Notes: generated by a model not told the origin, from the sequence alone. 64,000 nt of DNA from Malacoraja senta (GCA_038087875.1 JAXLNO010000113.1:1-64000); one strand, 5' to 3'. Shown: positions 23,640-37,530, numbered from the stretch's first letter. Translations and numbers: made by a program.

Positions 23640-26600
23640 AATGACCTGTTTGCTTTATCAGCGTTACTTTTTTGCATTTATTTCATTAATTTGTTCCATA
23701 TCACTCTACATCACCATCTACATGAGCCGAATTCTGAACATCCTCGAGAGAGAAGGTGAACAGCCGGCAGTAGTTGTGCACGTAGGCACAAACGACATCG
23801 GGAAGAAGAGGAAGGTTCTCCAACATGACTTCAGAGAGTTGGGAAGAAGACTGAAATGACAGACTTCTAGGGTGGTTATCTCTGGATTGCTTCCAGTACC
23901 ACGTGCTAGTGAGGACAGGAACAGGGAGATAGGGGGTCTGAATGTGTGGCTGAGGGGCTGGTGCAGGGAGCAAAGATTTAGATTTATGGACCACTGGGAT
24001 CTCTTCTGGGGTAGGGGTAACCTGTACAAAAGGGACGGGTTACACCTTAACTGGAGGGGGACCAAAATTCTGGCAGGCAGGTTTGCTAGGGCTACACGTG
24101 TGGGTTTAAACTAAATAGTGGGGGGGAGGGATTGACAAATTGGGAGTATAAAGATGGAGTTGAAGGGGAAGTGCCTACAGGAAAAATTACAAAAGATTCT
24201 CGAATTAATGCGAAGGAAAGCTTGAGAATGGACAACAGAGTAAGGTCAGGGCCAATTGCGAGGGGGGAAGTGAATACGGAGGTCAAAGTGCTGTATATGA
24301 ATGCGCAAAGTATAAGCAATAAAGTGGACGCGCTTGAGGCTCAGTTAGAAACTGGCAAGTATGATGTTGTGGGAATTACTGAGACATGGCTACAAGAGGG
24401 CCAGAGCTGGGAACTGAATATTCAAGGGTATACCTCCTATCAAAAAGACAGACAGGTGGGCAGAGGGGGTCGGGTTGCCCTGTTGGTGAGGAATGAAATT
24501 CAGTCCCTTGCAAGGGGTGACATTGAAACAGGAGATGTGGAGTCTGTATGGATAGAACTAAGGAATTGTAAGGGTAAAAAGACCCTAATGGGACTAATCT
24601 ACAAGCCCCCAAACAGTAGCCTGGACATAGGGCGCAAGTTGAATCAGGAGTTAAAATTGGCAGGTAGCAAAAGTAATGCTGTGGCTGTTATGGGAGATTT
24701 CAACATACAGGTTGGGAAAATCAGGTTGGTACTGGACCCCAAGAAAGGGACTTAGTAGAGTGCCTTTGTGATGAATTCTTTTAACAGCTTGTATTGGAGC
24801 CTACCAGGGAGAAGGCAATTCTGGATTTAGTGTTATGTAATGAACCGGATTTGATAAAGGACCTTGAGGTTAATGAGCCATTAGGAGGCAGTGACCATAA
24901 CATGGTCAGGTTTAATCTACAATTGGAGAGGGAGAAGAGTAGATCGGAGGTGTCAGTGTTGCAGTTGAATAAAGGGGACTATGGGGCCATGAGGGAGGAG
25001 CTGGACAAAGATGACTGGAAAGATACACTAGCAGGAATGACAGTGGAACAAAAATGGCAGGTGTTTCTAGGAATAATACAGAAGGTGCAGGATCAGTTCA
25101 TTCCTAGGAGGAAGAAAAATTCCAAGGGGAGAAAGGGATGACCATGGCTGACAAGGGACGTCAGGGACAGTATAAAAATTAAAACGAAGAAGTACAACAT
25201 AGCAAAGATGAGCGGGAAGCAAGAGGATTGGGTAATGTTTAATGAACAACAGAAGAAAACCAAAAAGACAATACGGGGAGAAAAGATGAGGTACAAAGGT
25301 AAGCTAGCCAAGAATATAAAGAAAATATAAAGAATATTAAGCTTCTTTAGGTATGTGAAGAGGAAAGAATTTAAGACCAAAAAGTTAAGACCAAAGTTGG
25401 ACCCTTGAAGACCGAAAAAGGTGAATTTATTATGAAAATGGTGTTGGATAGACTGATGGGATTGAAGGCTGATAAATCCCCAGGGCCTGATGGTCTGCAT
25501 CCCATGGTACTTAAGGAAGTGGCTCTGGAAATCGTGGATGCATTGGTGATAATTTTCCAATGTTCTATAGACTCAGGATCAGTTCCTGATGATTGGAGGG
25601 TAGCTAATGTTATCCCACTTTTTAAGAAAGGCGGGAGAGAGAAAACGGGGAATTATAGACCAGTTAGCCTGACATCGGTGGTGGGGAAGATGCTGGAGTC
25701 AATTATAAAAGATGAGATTTGCACATTTGGATAGCAGTAACAGGATTGGTCCGAGTCAGCATGGATTTACAAAGGCGAAATCATGCTTGACTAATCTTCT
25801 GGAATTTTTTGAAGATGTAACTCGGAAAATGGACAAGGGAGAGCCAGTGGATGTAGTGTACCTGGACTTTCAGAAAGCATTTGATAAGGTCCCACATAGG
25901 AGATTAGTGGGCAAAATTAGGGCACATGGTATTGGGGGTAGAGTGCTGACATGGAAGTGGTTGGCAGACAGGAAACAAAGAGTAGGGAATAACGGGTCCC
26001 TTTCAGAATGGCAGGCAGTGACTAGTGGGGTACGGTAAGGCTTGGTGCTGGGACCGCAGCTATTTACAGTATACATCAATGATTTGGATGAAGGGATTCA
26101 AAGTAACATTAGCAAATTTGCAGATGACACAAAGCTGGGTGGCAGTGTGAACTGTGAGGAGGATGCTATGAGAATGCAGGGTGACTTGGACAGGTTGTGG
26201 GGAGTGGGCAGATGCATGGCAGATTAAGTTTAATGCGGATAAATGTGAGGTTATCCACTTTGGTAGCAAAAACAGGAAGGCAGATTACTATCTAAATGGC
26301 ATCAAGTTGGGAAAAGGGGAAGTACAACGGGATCTGGGGGTCCTTGTACATCAGTCTATGAAAGTAAGCATGCAGGTACAGCAGGCATTGAAGAAAGTGA
26401 ATGGCATGTTGGCCTTTATAACACAAGGAATCGAATATCGGAGCAAAGAGGTCCTTCTGCAGTTGTACAGAGCCCTAGTGAGACCACACCTGGAGTATTG
26501 TGTGCAGTTTTGGTCCCCTCATTTGAGGAAGGACATTCTTGCTATTGAGGGAGTGCAGCGTAGGTTTACAAGGTTAATTCCCGGGATGGCGGGACTGTCA

Positions 26601-27163
26601 TATGCTGAGAGAATGGAGCAGCTGGGCTTGTACACTCTGGAGTTTAGAAGGATGAGAGGGTATCTCATTGAAACATATAAGATTGTTAAGGGCTTGGACA
26701 CACTAGACGCAGGAAATGTTCCCGATGTTGGGGGAGTCCAGAAACAGGGGCCACAGTTTAAGAATAAGGAGTAAGCCATTTAGAACGGAGACGAGGAAAT
26801 ACTTTTTCTCACAGAGAGTGGTGGGTCTGTGGAATTCTCTGCCTCAGAGGGCAGTGGAGGCAGTTTCTCTGGATGCTTTCGAGAGCTAGATAGGGTTCTT
26901 AAAAATGGCAGAGTCAGGGGATATGGGGAGAAGGCAGGAGCGGGGTACTGATTGTGGATGATCAGCCATGATTACATTGAATGGCGGTGCTGGCTCGAAG
27001 GGCCAAAAGGCCTGCTCCTGCACCTATTGGCTATTGTCTGTATCTCTCATTTCCCATTCCCCTGAATCTCCAGTCTGAAGAAGGGTCACGACCCAAAACT
27101 TCACCAGTTCATTTTCTCCAGAGATGCTGTCTCTGAGAGTTACTCCAGCTTTTTGTGTCTATC
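23640..27163 (+). mobile_element. Penelope terminal repeat split by a CR1 (parts 23640-23720 and 27039-27163)
   Basis: Pyrimidine-rich left part continues after the CR1 tail into cagtctgaagaagggtcacgacccaaaac..agagatgctg..gagttactccagc. Confidence 0.6.
23722..27038 (+). mobile_element. CR1 LINE, truncated within ORF1 (SGNH esterase), ORF2 disrupted
   Basis: VVVHVGTNDIG, DGLHLN (ORF1); YMNAQS, GITETWL, MGDFN, SDH, GPDG, DFQKAFD, FADD, LVRPHLEYC (ORF2); internal deletion near 25433; (CTATTGT)-type tail. Confidence 0.95.
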
Positions 27164-27335
27164 TTAAGTAAAACATTGGTCTTGTTCTAACTCCAACAGT
27201 GTGCCCAATTTTGGGCACCTTACTTTAGTGAAGCAGGAAAACCTTTGGAAAATGTGCAGAAGAAATTTACTCAAATGGCACAGAGATGTGCGATTTCAGT
27301 TAAGTAATAAACTGAAGTTGGCCACATTCACCTTA

Positions 27336-28438
27336 ATAGAGTCATACAGCAGAAACAGACATTTCAGCCCAACTCGTCCATACCAACCAAGTCCTGTTTG
27401 CCTGCTTTTGGCCTATATCCTAAGCCTTTGGCCTAAGCCTTTCCGATCCATGTGCCTGTTCGAGTGTCTTTTAAATATTGTTATTTTACCTGCCTCATTG
27501 GTAGCTCACTCCATATATCCACCACCTCTGAGTGAAAATGATGACCCTCGGGTTCCTATTAATTCTTTCCCTATCTTATCTTAAACCTATATCTTCTGGT
27601 TCTTGATTCCCCTACCTTGGGTAAAAGTCTCATTTCAGTCACCCTATCAATTTCCCTCAAGATTTTATATGCCTCTATAAGATCACCTTCTGCATGCCAA
27701 GGATTAAAGTCCTCGCTTGTTTAATCTCTCCCTATGGCCCGGCCCTCTAGTCCTGGCAACATCCCCTTAAATCTTTTCTGAAGTATCAGCATAATGACAT
27801 CCTTCCTATAGCAGGACGACCAAACCTGAACACTCTACTCCAAATGCTGCCTCACCAAGATCTTGTACAACTGTAACATTACATTCCATCTTCTCTTTAC
27901 AATACCCTGACTGATGAAGGCCAATGTACCAAATGCCTTCTTGACCATGTTATCAACTTGTGATGCCACTTTCAGGGAGCTGTGTACCAGTACTCCTTGA
28001 TCCATCTGTTATATCACACTTCTCAGTGCCCTACCATTCACAGTGAAGGTCCAACCCGAATTTGACAACCAGAAATGGAACACCTCACTTATCCGCATTA
28101 AACTCTATTAACCATTCTTCAGCCCACATACTGGGGCTCATGTTGTCGACCTCCCCATGGTGAGCCCTGTCAACTGAACTCAGTCAGGCGAACGACAACA
28201 AACAGAGACAGCAGCAGCGCCACAGCAGCTTGGCACCAACCCGGAGCATACGCCCTTTTTAGGGCGGTCACCTACGGATGTCGAACCGGATGGCATCACC
28301 CTGCTGCAGACTTCTGCTGCTTCAAACGCAAGAAGAGTAGCCCACATACTCAGCTGATCAAGATCCTACTGTAATTTCTGATAACCATCTTAACTGTCCA
28401 TGATTCCACCAACTTTAGTGTCATCTAAACTTACTAAT
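27336..28438 (-). mobile_element. Older 5'-truncated CR1 3' fragment
   Basis: Reverse complement shows degraded FADD and LVRxHLE regions and an atagagtcat tail. Confidence 0.8.
28133..28338 (+). mobile_element. 206-bp retroposed insert, family unassigned
   Basis: 12-bp TSD agcccacatact (28121-28132, 28339-28350); ends cttcaaacgcaagaaga. Confidence 0.8.
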
Positions 28439-28571
28439 CTTTTTAAAAACCTTTCATTCTGTCCATTGAGAGGAACAGCAGAGAATCCTTTTCAGATTTG
28501 CCTGCCCTTTGGAATTTATCTCCATTCTGTCTGTTACATGATGGTGTGCACGCCATGATTCTAACTGATGA

Positions 28572-29490
28572 TAGACACAAAATGCCAGAGTAACTCAGCG
28601 GGACAGGCAGCATCTCAGGGGTGAGGGAGATAGATAAATAAGGAAGTGTGAATGTGTGAAAACAGGGCAAATGGAACGGAGAGCAAGGAAAATGTGGAAT
28701 AGATCATAGTTAGCTGGGAGAAGGCAACAAAAAGCAAACAGAGATCAATTGTAGTCAGAGACAGTAAGACTGATCAGAGAACTGGGAAGGGGAGGGATGG
28801 AGATAGAGGGAAAGCAAGGGTTACTTGAAGTTAGAGAAGTCAATGTTCATACCTCTAGGGTGTAAGCTGCCCAAGCCAAATATGAGGTGCTGTTCGTGTA
28901 ATTTACGCTGGGCCTCATTCTGACAATGGAGGAAACCTAGGACAGAAAGGTCAGTGTGGGAATGGGAGTTAGAATGTCCAGCAACCGGGAGATCAGGTAG
29001 GTTCAGGCGGACTAAGCAGAGGTGTTCAGCGAAACAATCACCGACATTCAGGAGACCACACCTGATCTCCTCGATACAATAGATGAGGTTGGAGGAGGTG
29101 CAAGTGAACCTCTGCCTCACCTGAAAAGACTGTTGGGGTCCTTGGATTGAGTTGAGGGGGGAAGTATAGGGACAGGTGTTGCATCTCCTGCGGTTGCAGG
29201 GCAAAGTACCTGGGGAGATTGTGGTTTGGGTGGGAAGGGACGAGTTGACCAAGGAGTTGCGGAGGGAACTGTTTCTGCGGAAAACGGAAAGGGGCGGAGA
29301 TGGGAAGATGTGGCTAGTGGTGGGATACCGTTGGAGGTCTCCCTCTCCCCTGACATCAGTCTGAAGAAGGGTCTCGTCCCGAAACGTCACCCGTTACTTC
29401 TCTCCAAAGATGCTGCCTGTCCCGCTGAGTTAATCCAACATTTTGTGTCAATCTTTGGTTTAAATCAGAATCTGCAGTTCTTTCATACAC
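28572..29490 (-). mobile_element. Penelope-like element remnant (GIY-YIG endonuclease end) with inverted terminal repeats
   Basis: ORF 28821-29390: CNRRRCNTC, FTCTSSNLIYCI, CGLLNVG, PVAGH, EQHLIF..L.P.GMN; left repeat 28572-28617 inverted relative to ~29405-29450. Confidence 0.88.
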
Positions 29491-29865
29491 ATTCTAACTA
29501 ATGAGCTGTCCACTGACACAATCTCAATCCAAAGCAGTTTTATTACCCCAACCCTTCTAATCATTCTTGAAAGACACTGCATCCCTCCAACAAGTTTCTA
29601 TCTGAATGTAACTAATCTACAGGAGCTGATGCCTCATCCTCATCTCCAGAACAAAGGCCACTCTAACCCCAGCTTAGGATGCAGACACCATTTGTGTATG
29701 TCCACATTCGGAGGCCGAACACATTGCTGACTTGTTCATTGAAGCGTATGAGATGAGCACATGAAATATAAATGTCCTCGACCAACCCGTTCACACTATG
29801 AAACTCTCTGACAATATGGGATCACAATGAGACTCTGGAAATCTTTGGAAAATCTGCTATATCTT

Positions 29866-32246
29866 AGTCATAGAGTCATAGAGTGATACAGTGTGGAAAC
29901 AGGCCCTTCGGCCCAACTCGCCCACACCGGCCAACAATGTCCCAGCTACCCTAGTCCCACTTGCCTGTGCTTGATCCATAACGCTCCCAATGTCCTATGC
30001 ATGCACCTGTCCAACTGTTTCTTAAACAATGGGTTAGTCCCAGCCTCAACTACCTCCTCTGGCAGCTTGTTCCATACACCCACCACCCTCTGTGTGAAAA
30101 AGTTACCCCTCGGATTCCTTTTAAATCTTTTCCCCTTCACCTTGAACCTATGTCCTCTTGTCCTCGATTCCCCTACTCTGTGTAAAAGACTCTGTGCATC
30201 TACCCGATCTATTCCTCTCATGATTTTGTATACCTCTATAAGATCTCCCCTCATCCTCCTACGCTCCATGGAATAGAGACCAAGCCAACTCTAGTCCTGG
30301 CAACATCCTCGTAAATCTTTTCGGAACCCTTTCAAGCTTGACAACATCTTTCCTATAACATGGTGCCCAGAACTGAACATAATATTCTAAATGCGGTCTC
30401 ACCAACGTCTTATACAGCTGCAACATAACCTCCCAACTTCTATATGCAATACTCTGACTGATGAAGGCCAAAGTGCAAAAAACCCTTTTGACCACCTTAT
30501 CTACCTGCGACTCGACCTTCAAGGAACCAAGCACTTGTACTCCGAGGTCCCACTGCTCTACAACACTACCCAACCATTTACTGTGTAGGTTCTGCCCTTG
30601 TTCGACATCTCAAAATGCAATGTCTCACACTTCTCTGTATTAAATTCCATCAAGCATTCCTCTGCCCACCAGGCTAATGGATCCAGATCCTGCTGCAATC
30701 GTTCACAACCATCTTCACTATCTGCAAAACCACTAACTTTTGTATCATCATCAAACTTGCTAATCTTGCCCTGTATGTTTTCATCCAAATCATTGATATA
30801 GATGACAAACAGTAACAGGCCCAGCAGTGAACCCTGAGGCACACCACTAGTCACAGGCCTCCATTCTGTAGGTATGTTACAAAACTTACCTTCAGAGGCG
30901 CTGCAGTTCTGTCACTGCCCGTGTGCGCGACTTTGGCGCCTTTGAGAGGGGGGCGGGTTTAAAATGCCGTTTTCTCCAGGCTGCTTAAATCTATGTTCGT
31001 CAGGCTGTTTAGTTGCTCAAGAAAAATCGCTCCGACATTCGTTCGCTGGAGTTATTTTTAAACTGCGTTGGATAATTTAATTGCTAGAGTAAATTAAAAA
31101 TCATCTTCTAAAGCCGTCAACGCCGACAATGGGACGGATCTCACGTAGGGGACAAGGCAAGATACGCCATTTATTTTTACATAAAAAAGTGCTTCTTAAG
31201 ATGCCTTTAATCAAAATTTTAAGTTACGAGAAGGTGACTTAGGACCCATCCGAACCGGCAGTATTTTTCCTGCCAACATGGGGTTCAAATTCACTGCAAC
31301 CGCAACGTTCAAAAACAATCGCGTTCCACAAAATCCCACTCGCAAGATGATTTAAATGGCCATTAATTTACAGCAATTAAACACTAAATTCCTTCCATTT
31401 GGCCTATAAATTCATGACAATGAGATTTAAAAATCATGTTATATTGTGAATTCTTGTGTGAATGTTATTTGGACACTTAGGCTATTTAAAAATGTTAACC
31501 TTTTCTTAAGAAATTGATAGATGTTTAGATCTAGTAATTGAATTTTGTAATTAGCTACAATTAGGTAACTAACTAATTATATGCTTTAATTTCAGGTCAT
31601 CCAAGTAAGATTGTTTTATATTTGTTTCAGAATGCTTCAATCTATAATAACTGAAAATTTCATTCAGTTTTCTTAATTGTTAAGAAAGTTATGGGCTTTT
31701 GACTGTCCTTGATCACAGCTTTGGAGTTAAGTCAATGGAAAAGCAATAGGGAACAAGATGCTAATTTCTGAGTATGAAAATGGCCATAACCTTTTTAATA
31801 CTGAAGATATGAAAGTGAATTAGGTGTCAAATTAAAATTATTTTTATGCTTTATCTGATGGGATAAATTGCAGACTTGATTTTTAAAATCTCAAAATTTT
31901 GTAACATTGCTACATTCTGAGAAGCAACCTTCCACCATCACCCTCTGCTTCCTTCCATGGAGCCAATTTGCTATCCATTCAGCTATTTCTCCTTGGATCC
32001 CATGAGATCTAACCTTCCAGAGCAGCCTACCATGCGGCACCTTGTCAATAGCCTTACTAAAGTCCTTGTACACATCTACAGCTCTGCCGTCATCAACCTT
32101 TTTGCTCACATCTTCAAAAAAATCAATCAGATTTGTGAGACACGACCTCCCACGTACCATGCTGACTGTCCCTAATCAGCCCTTGCCCGTCCAAATGCCT
32201 GTATATCTATCCCGCAGAATACTCTCCAGTAACTTACCAACTACCA
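29866..32246 (-). mobile_element. 5'-truncated CR1, split by a DNA transposon
   Basis: RSCLTNLIDFF, DFSKA, VPQGS, LVRPHLEY, RGH.FK; (agtcatag)n tail; possible TSD atctt. Confidence 0.92.
30869..31912. mobile_element. Non-autonomous TIR DNA transposon (1044 bp)
   Basis: TIR taggtatgttacaaaa / ttttgtaacattgcta; cattctg duplicated (30862-30868, 31913-31919); removal restores the CR1. Confidence 0.9.
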
Positions 32247-33335
32247 ATCTTGTAACTAAATTTCAGGAAAGGCAGACATTATTGATGAAATTCATCGTGG
32301 CCTTGATTACATCAGCCAGACTTTACCTGACCGAAAAACCCCATCACTCAAACCTATCACAAAACTCAGACCCTAATGAACAAGTGATCTTGCTCTCTTG
32401 TTGAAGGCAGCTTAAAGCAATGGAGATGTATCTCCGTCTGTCTTCATAAATCCACTGGCTGCATAATGTAAGTATTCCCAGCTAGGCCAACACCGAGGCT
32501 CTCATTACACTGAGCCAGCTGCCATGAGCCAACCACTTTGTTAAACCAGTATCTGCAGTTCCTTCCTACACACTTTGTTTGCATGCCCAACAGCTCCTGA
32601 AACAGGTACTTGACTCAGGTCTTCAACATGGAGAAACAGAGTAAATAGTTAAAGAATATTCTCAAAATCTCATTGAAAACATAGAACAATTTCTTCGATT
32701 CAAGTGTATTCCTGTCCCTAAATCACTCAAAATGGAGGAGCAGCTGGGATGATATTCAGTGCATTGTTTCTTCATTAGAAATCCAGAAAAAGATGACGGT
32801 AAAAACATATCACCTGCCATACTATCCATCTTGTCACGAAGCTACTCTTGTTTCACCTGTGGCAGAGTCTAGAAATCCCTCAGTGAGAACAGGCCTCTTC
32901 AATCTGCTTAGAACCCAGAGAAAGGGAGTAGAAGCAGGTCATCCAAGTGCCTGAGAGTGTTCCAAATAGGAAGGAGGAGAAGGTTAGGATTTGAATTTGT
33001 GGGGAATGTAAATTTCATAATGGTCTTCAAAGGAGAATATATGAAGAAGTAAATAATTACAGGGTTATGGGGAAAGATAAGAGGAGTGAGGCAACTTGGA
33101 TTGATCCTCAGGAGTGCCCACAGACTCAATGGAATGACTTGACTCTTGACATTCTGTGATCCTAAGCATTAGAGACAGCCTATTGAGTTAAAAACAACAT
33201 AAACAACTCTTGGAGAACTGGAGCGCATTGAAAAAGGGTAGACAATATAAATTAATTGAAGTGAAGAAAATTAAAGACAACAACATTCAAAGTACTGCTG
33301 TAGATATCGAACATCTTAAAGACAGTACCAAAACT

Positions 33336-33776
33336 CTTTTTTAAAATTTCAAAATAGACTATATTCAGGTAATAAATATATACAATACATGAACCGTGCA
33401 AAAAATTCGTCCGACATTTTAAGAGGCTATACAAATTATTCAATACAGTCTACATACATTGCTCAAATTTCACAAATTTATCCCCCACCCTTGCCTCTCA
33501 TGTGGCCCACTGGCGCAGAATCCCTTCCCTTATTTTGAGGGGCATCTCCACCACACCCTGCCCCCCATGTCCAGCAGCGGAAGGACCCTAGACTGTGGTC
33601 CTCCCCCACCGAGCCTTGGCGTTGGCTACACCGAGCTTCAGTGCGTCCCTCAGCACGTACTTCTGCAGTCTGCAATATTCCCCGACGGACATCTCGCTCC
33701 GCTGGGTGGTGAACAGCGCTCGTGCAGACCAAAGAGTGTCTTTCACCGAGTTGATGACCTTCCAGCAGCACTCGGT
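33336..33776 (-). mobile_element. 5'-truncated Tx1-type LINE 3' end
   Basis: 15-bp TSD gacagtaccaaaact (33321-33335, 33777-33791); CCWKVINSVKDTLWSAR..LRDALKLG..KARWG. Confidence 0.88.
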
Positions 33777-35149
33777 GACAGTACCAAAACTTTAATCTTT
33801 GGTAACATCAACAGGTAATAATGAAGAAAAATTGGGTTAGAATTCCATAATGTACAGGTGATCTCATCACTCTGTAAAGTTAGGGTTTGAATTTATGGGT
33901 GCAGGACAATTGCTCCTCATGTTGTTCCTCTGTGATTTTCGGTCTCACTGTTAAAGCTGATTTGGTTAGTGTGTGAGGGTAGAAAGGATGGATGTGCTCA
34001 GGATGGATGATTTTGTTCTCCTTCAAATAGTGCTATGGGATTGTTCCTTTTTTATCGAACAGGGTCGAAAGGAGGTGCAGTATGATATTTCGTCCAAAAG
34101 ATGGCATCTCCAACTGTGCAGCATTCCATCAATAATATAATAGTTTAGACTCCCCTTTAAAACTATAACAAAATGACACAGTGAATAAAATTATCCCAAT
34201 AAACCAAAGCATGCAACATACCTGTATTTCAGAAATTGTGTAACTTTAGCTATGCTAATGCTTTACTCTCTGAAGTATATCTAAATATTAAATTTGTTGT
34301 GTTTTCGAGCCTTTTAAATACTAACCTTCCCTTCGCTTCATGATTCTGTGTAAACAATTGAAATTCATTTGAATATTGTCTATTTCACATTATAAATCCA
34401 TGTACTTTGAAAATAAACCACTGAAGATACGTTACAAATAAATTGCTTTTTTTTGTCAGTTGGAAATTGGAATTTGCTTTAATTGAATCCCATTTCATAT
34501 TTATACAATGAGGTTCCATTTCAAAACACATCCTAATGAAAACACAAGGGGCATTATTTTGATTGCTCATTCAAGAGGATGGGTTTTCAAAAGCTCACCA
34601 TTGACATGAAATAACTTTAATTATCTGAACTGAAATGACTGAGGGAACTGGGACAGATAATTTAAGCATTGGTTGATTAAAACCGCCAGAAAGGCAGATC
34701 TGCCGGTAGGGCTGATGCACATAAGTGCTGAATACCATCATAAAACATAAATGAAGTGTGGAAATGTCGGGAGCTGGTAATCTATGTAGCCAAAATTGTT
34801 GGCCGCAGAACAATAAGTTGAGAAGGTTGTTCAAGTAGTTGAAATACCTGGCTTTATTAATGGAGGTATAGAAAACAAAAACAAATAAATTATACAAAAA
34901 CTTTAGATTAAGTCTTGGAGCATTTTAACCAACCCTGAGTACTACATCTTGGGAAGTGTGTCAAAGAGGATACGGAAGAAATGAATCCTCTAATTTGGCA
35001 ATAGGGATAAAGAACCTCCGTTATGTGGTAGAAGTACTTGCTTATTATATCACTGAAGATAGTTATTCACCCCATGGGATCTATGCTAGCTATTAGCAGA
35101 GCAACCCCATCTGTATCTTTCCCTTTTTTACCGCTGTTATCAAATCTAT

Positions 35150-35365
35150 TCTCTCTCATAAGTTCATCAACTCCTCTGTGCTACTTTTTACCCCATCCTA
35201 TCTGGGATAATTTAAGGTGCTCATTAACCTCCCGGTACATCTTTGGGATGCAGAATGAAACAGTAGCATCAAGCACAAACTCACACAATCACAGGAAGAA
35301 CATACAAACTCCACAAACACAGCACCTGAGGTCAAGATCGGACCTGGGACTCAGGAACTGTAAAT
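35150..35365 (-). mobile_element. Degraded HE1-like SINE
   Basis: catctttgggatg..cacaggaagaacatacaaactccaca..aggtcaagatcggacctggg. Confidence 0.6.
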
Positions 35366-35632
35366 TGTCGAGGTTCTTTTCCTCAAATTGAAGGTGGAGA
35401 TGATATTTGACATCCAAAAATCAAGAATAGTGCATTGTAAATGAGGAGCTTTGTTTCCTAAGGTCACAGATTTAGGGTAAATGTGAAAGAACCAGAGGCA
35501 GCATGAGAACATTTGCTGCTATCTGAAATGCACTGCTTGAAAGGGTGGAAGCAGTTTGAATTGTTATTTTCAGAAGGGAACTAATGGGAAAATAATTGCA
35601 GAACTTCAGAGAAAGATAGAGGATCTGTGAAT

Positions 35633-35865
35633 GACAGCACAGTGGTGCAGGTGGAAGAGCTGGTCCATCACAGCACCAGAGACCAAGGTTCAATCCTGAC
35701 CTCCGGTGTTATTGGTGTGGACTTTGCACGTTCTCCCTGTGACCTCATGAGTCGCCTCCGGGTACTCCAGTTTCCTCCCACATCCCAAAGACTTCCAAGT
35801 TCTTAGGTTGATTGGTCTCTGTAAAATTGCCCTGAGCGTAGGGAGTGGATGAGAATGTGGGATAT
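35633..35865 (+). mobile_element. HE1-like tRNA-derived V-SINE
   Basis: A-box-like gtggtgcaggtgg, B-box ggttcaatcc, core tttgcacgttctccctgtg..gtactccagtttcctcccacatcccaaagac. Confidence 0.8.
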
Positions 35866-36137
35866 CAGGGTATGTGGCATTATAAAGACAACTGTGCCAA
35901 TCGAGGTTAGGGTCTAGGCAGTTTTAGACCAGCAATAACAAAGACATTTCTCCCTACAGGACTATCATAAATAAAGGTATTTTCAACAGCAATACATTTA
36001 GTTTTGTTACTGCAAGTTAAATATTCTGTATTTGCAAACTGGCAAAAAATAATTGAGATAAAAATAATCAAACCATTAAGGTCATCAAAGCAAGTGCCAA
36101 ATCAAGTCAAGTTTATTGTCTTATGCACAAGTATGAA

Positions 36138-37530
36138 CATAGAACAGTACAGCACAGGAACAGGGTCTTCAGCCCACAATGTCTGTGATGAACATAATGC
36201 CAAGACCAACCTTATCTGCCTGCACATAATCCATATCCCTCCATTTCCCACATATCCATGTGCCTATCCAATTCTCTTAAATGCCATTATCATATTTGTC
36301 TCCACTTCTGCTCTGGCAGGTCATTCCTGGCACTCACCACCCTCTGTGTAAAAAAAAACTTGCCCTGTACATCTTCTTTAAACTTTGCACCTCTTATCTT
36401 AAAGTTCTGCCCTTTAGTATTTGATTTTTCCATCCTGCAAAAAAGATTTTGACTGTCTATCTATGCCTCTCATAATTTATATACGTATTATTATCAGGTG
36501 TTCTAGGAAAAACAATCCAAGTCCGTCAAATCTTTCCCTTTAAACTAATACCCTTTAATCCAGATATCATTCTGGTAAACCTCCTCTGCACACTTTCTAA
36601 AGCCTCCAAACCCTTCTTGTCATGGGGTGACTAGAACATCATGGAATACTCCAAATGTATACCAAAGCCCTATAAAGCTGCATCATAATGGTTTGACTTT
36701 TATACTTAATGCCCTGACCTATCAAGGCAAGCATACCATGTGCCTTCTTTACCTCTCTCTACTTATGTTGCCACTTTCAGGAAGTTATGGACTTGGACTC
36801 CAAGATCTCTCTGTATCGCAATGCTGTTAAAGGTAATGTCATTAATTGTATATTTCCCCCTTATACTCGACTTTCCAAAGTACAACACTTCATACTTGCT
36901 CGGATTAAACTCTATCTGCCATTTCTGCCACTGATCTATATCCCGCTGTATACTTTAACAGCCTTTGTCCAGGTCCACGACCACAGCAATCTTGGTGTCA
37001 TCTGCAAACTTACTAACCGACCCGTCTACATTTATATCCAAGACATTTATATATATCACAAACGACAGAGGTCCCAGCATAGATCTGTGTGGAATTCCAT
37101 TGGTCACACTTCAAACCTGAGTACTTTCCTTCCACCACAACCCACTGTCTTCCATCAGTATTCCAGTTCTGAATTCATACGAGCAATCTACTGTTAATCC
37201 CATGCATTTTAATCTTCAGGGAGACTTTATCAAATGCCTTACCAAAATCTATGTAGACAACGTTCACAACACCTCCTCAAAGAACTGAATCAAATGACTA
37301 AGATCCGACCTGCTGTGTATAAATTGTCCAGAATTAACCAATTCTCTTCCAAATAGGAGTAAATCATATCCTGGAATCCTCTCAAATAACTTCCCTACCA
37401 TAAATCTGAGGCTCACTGACATAATTCCCTGGATTCTTTCTACTTACCTTCTTAAACAAAGGAAGAGCATTGGCTGCTCACCAGGCCTCCAGGACCTTGC
37501 CTGTGGTGAGATAAGATGCAAAGATCTTTG
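36138..37530 (-). mobile_element. Old degraded CR1
   Basis: catagaacagtacagcacagg tail; reverse complement tttgcagatgacacc (FADD). Confidence 0.75.

Larger units (their letters stand above)
29520..32530 (+). mobile_element. Ancient RTE-clade LINE remnant split by a CR1
   Basis: Degraded HSEAE..F.EAYE before the CR1; KAD..DEIH, QLKAME and EALITL.QL after it. Confidence 0.5.

Noticed and set aside
35633..35705. tRNA-like A and B boxes
   Set aside because: SINE head, followed by the SINE core; no cloverleaf
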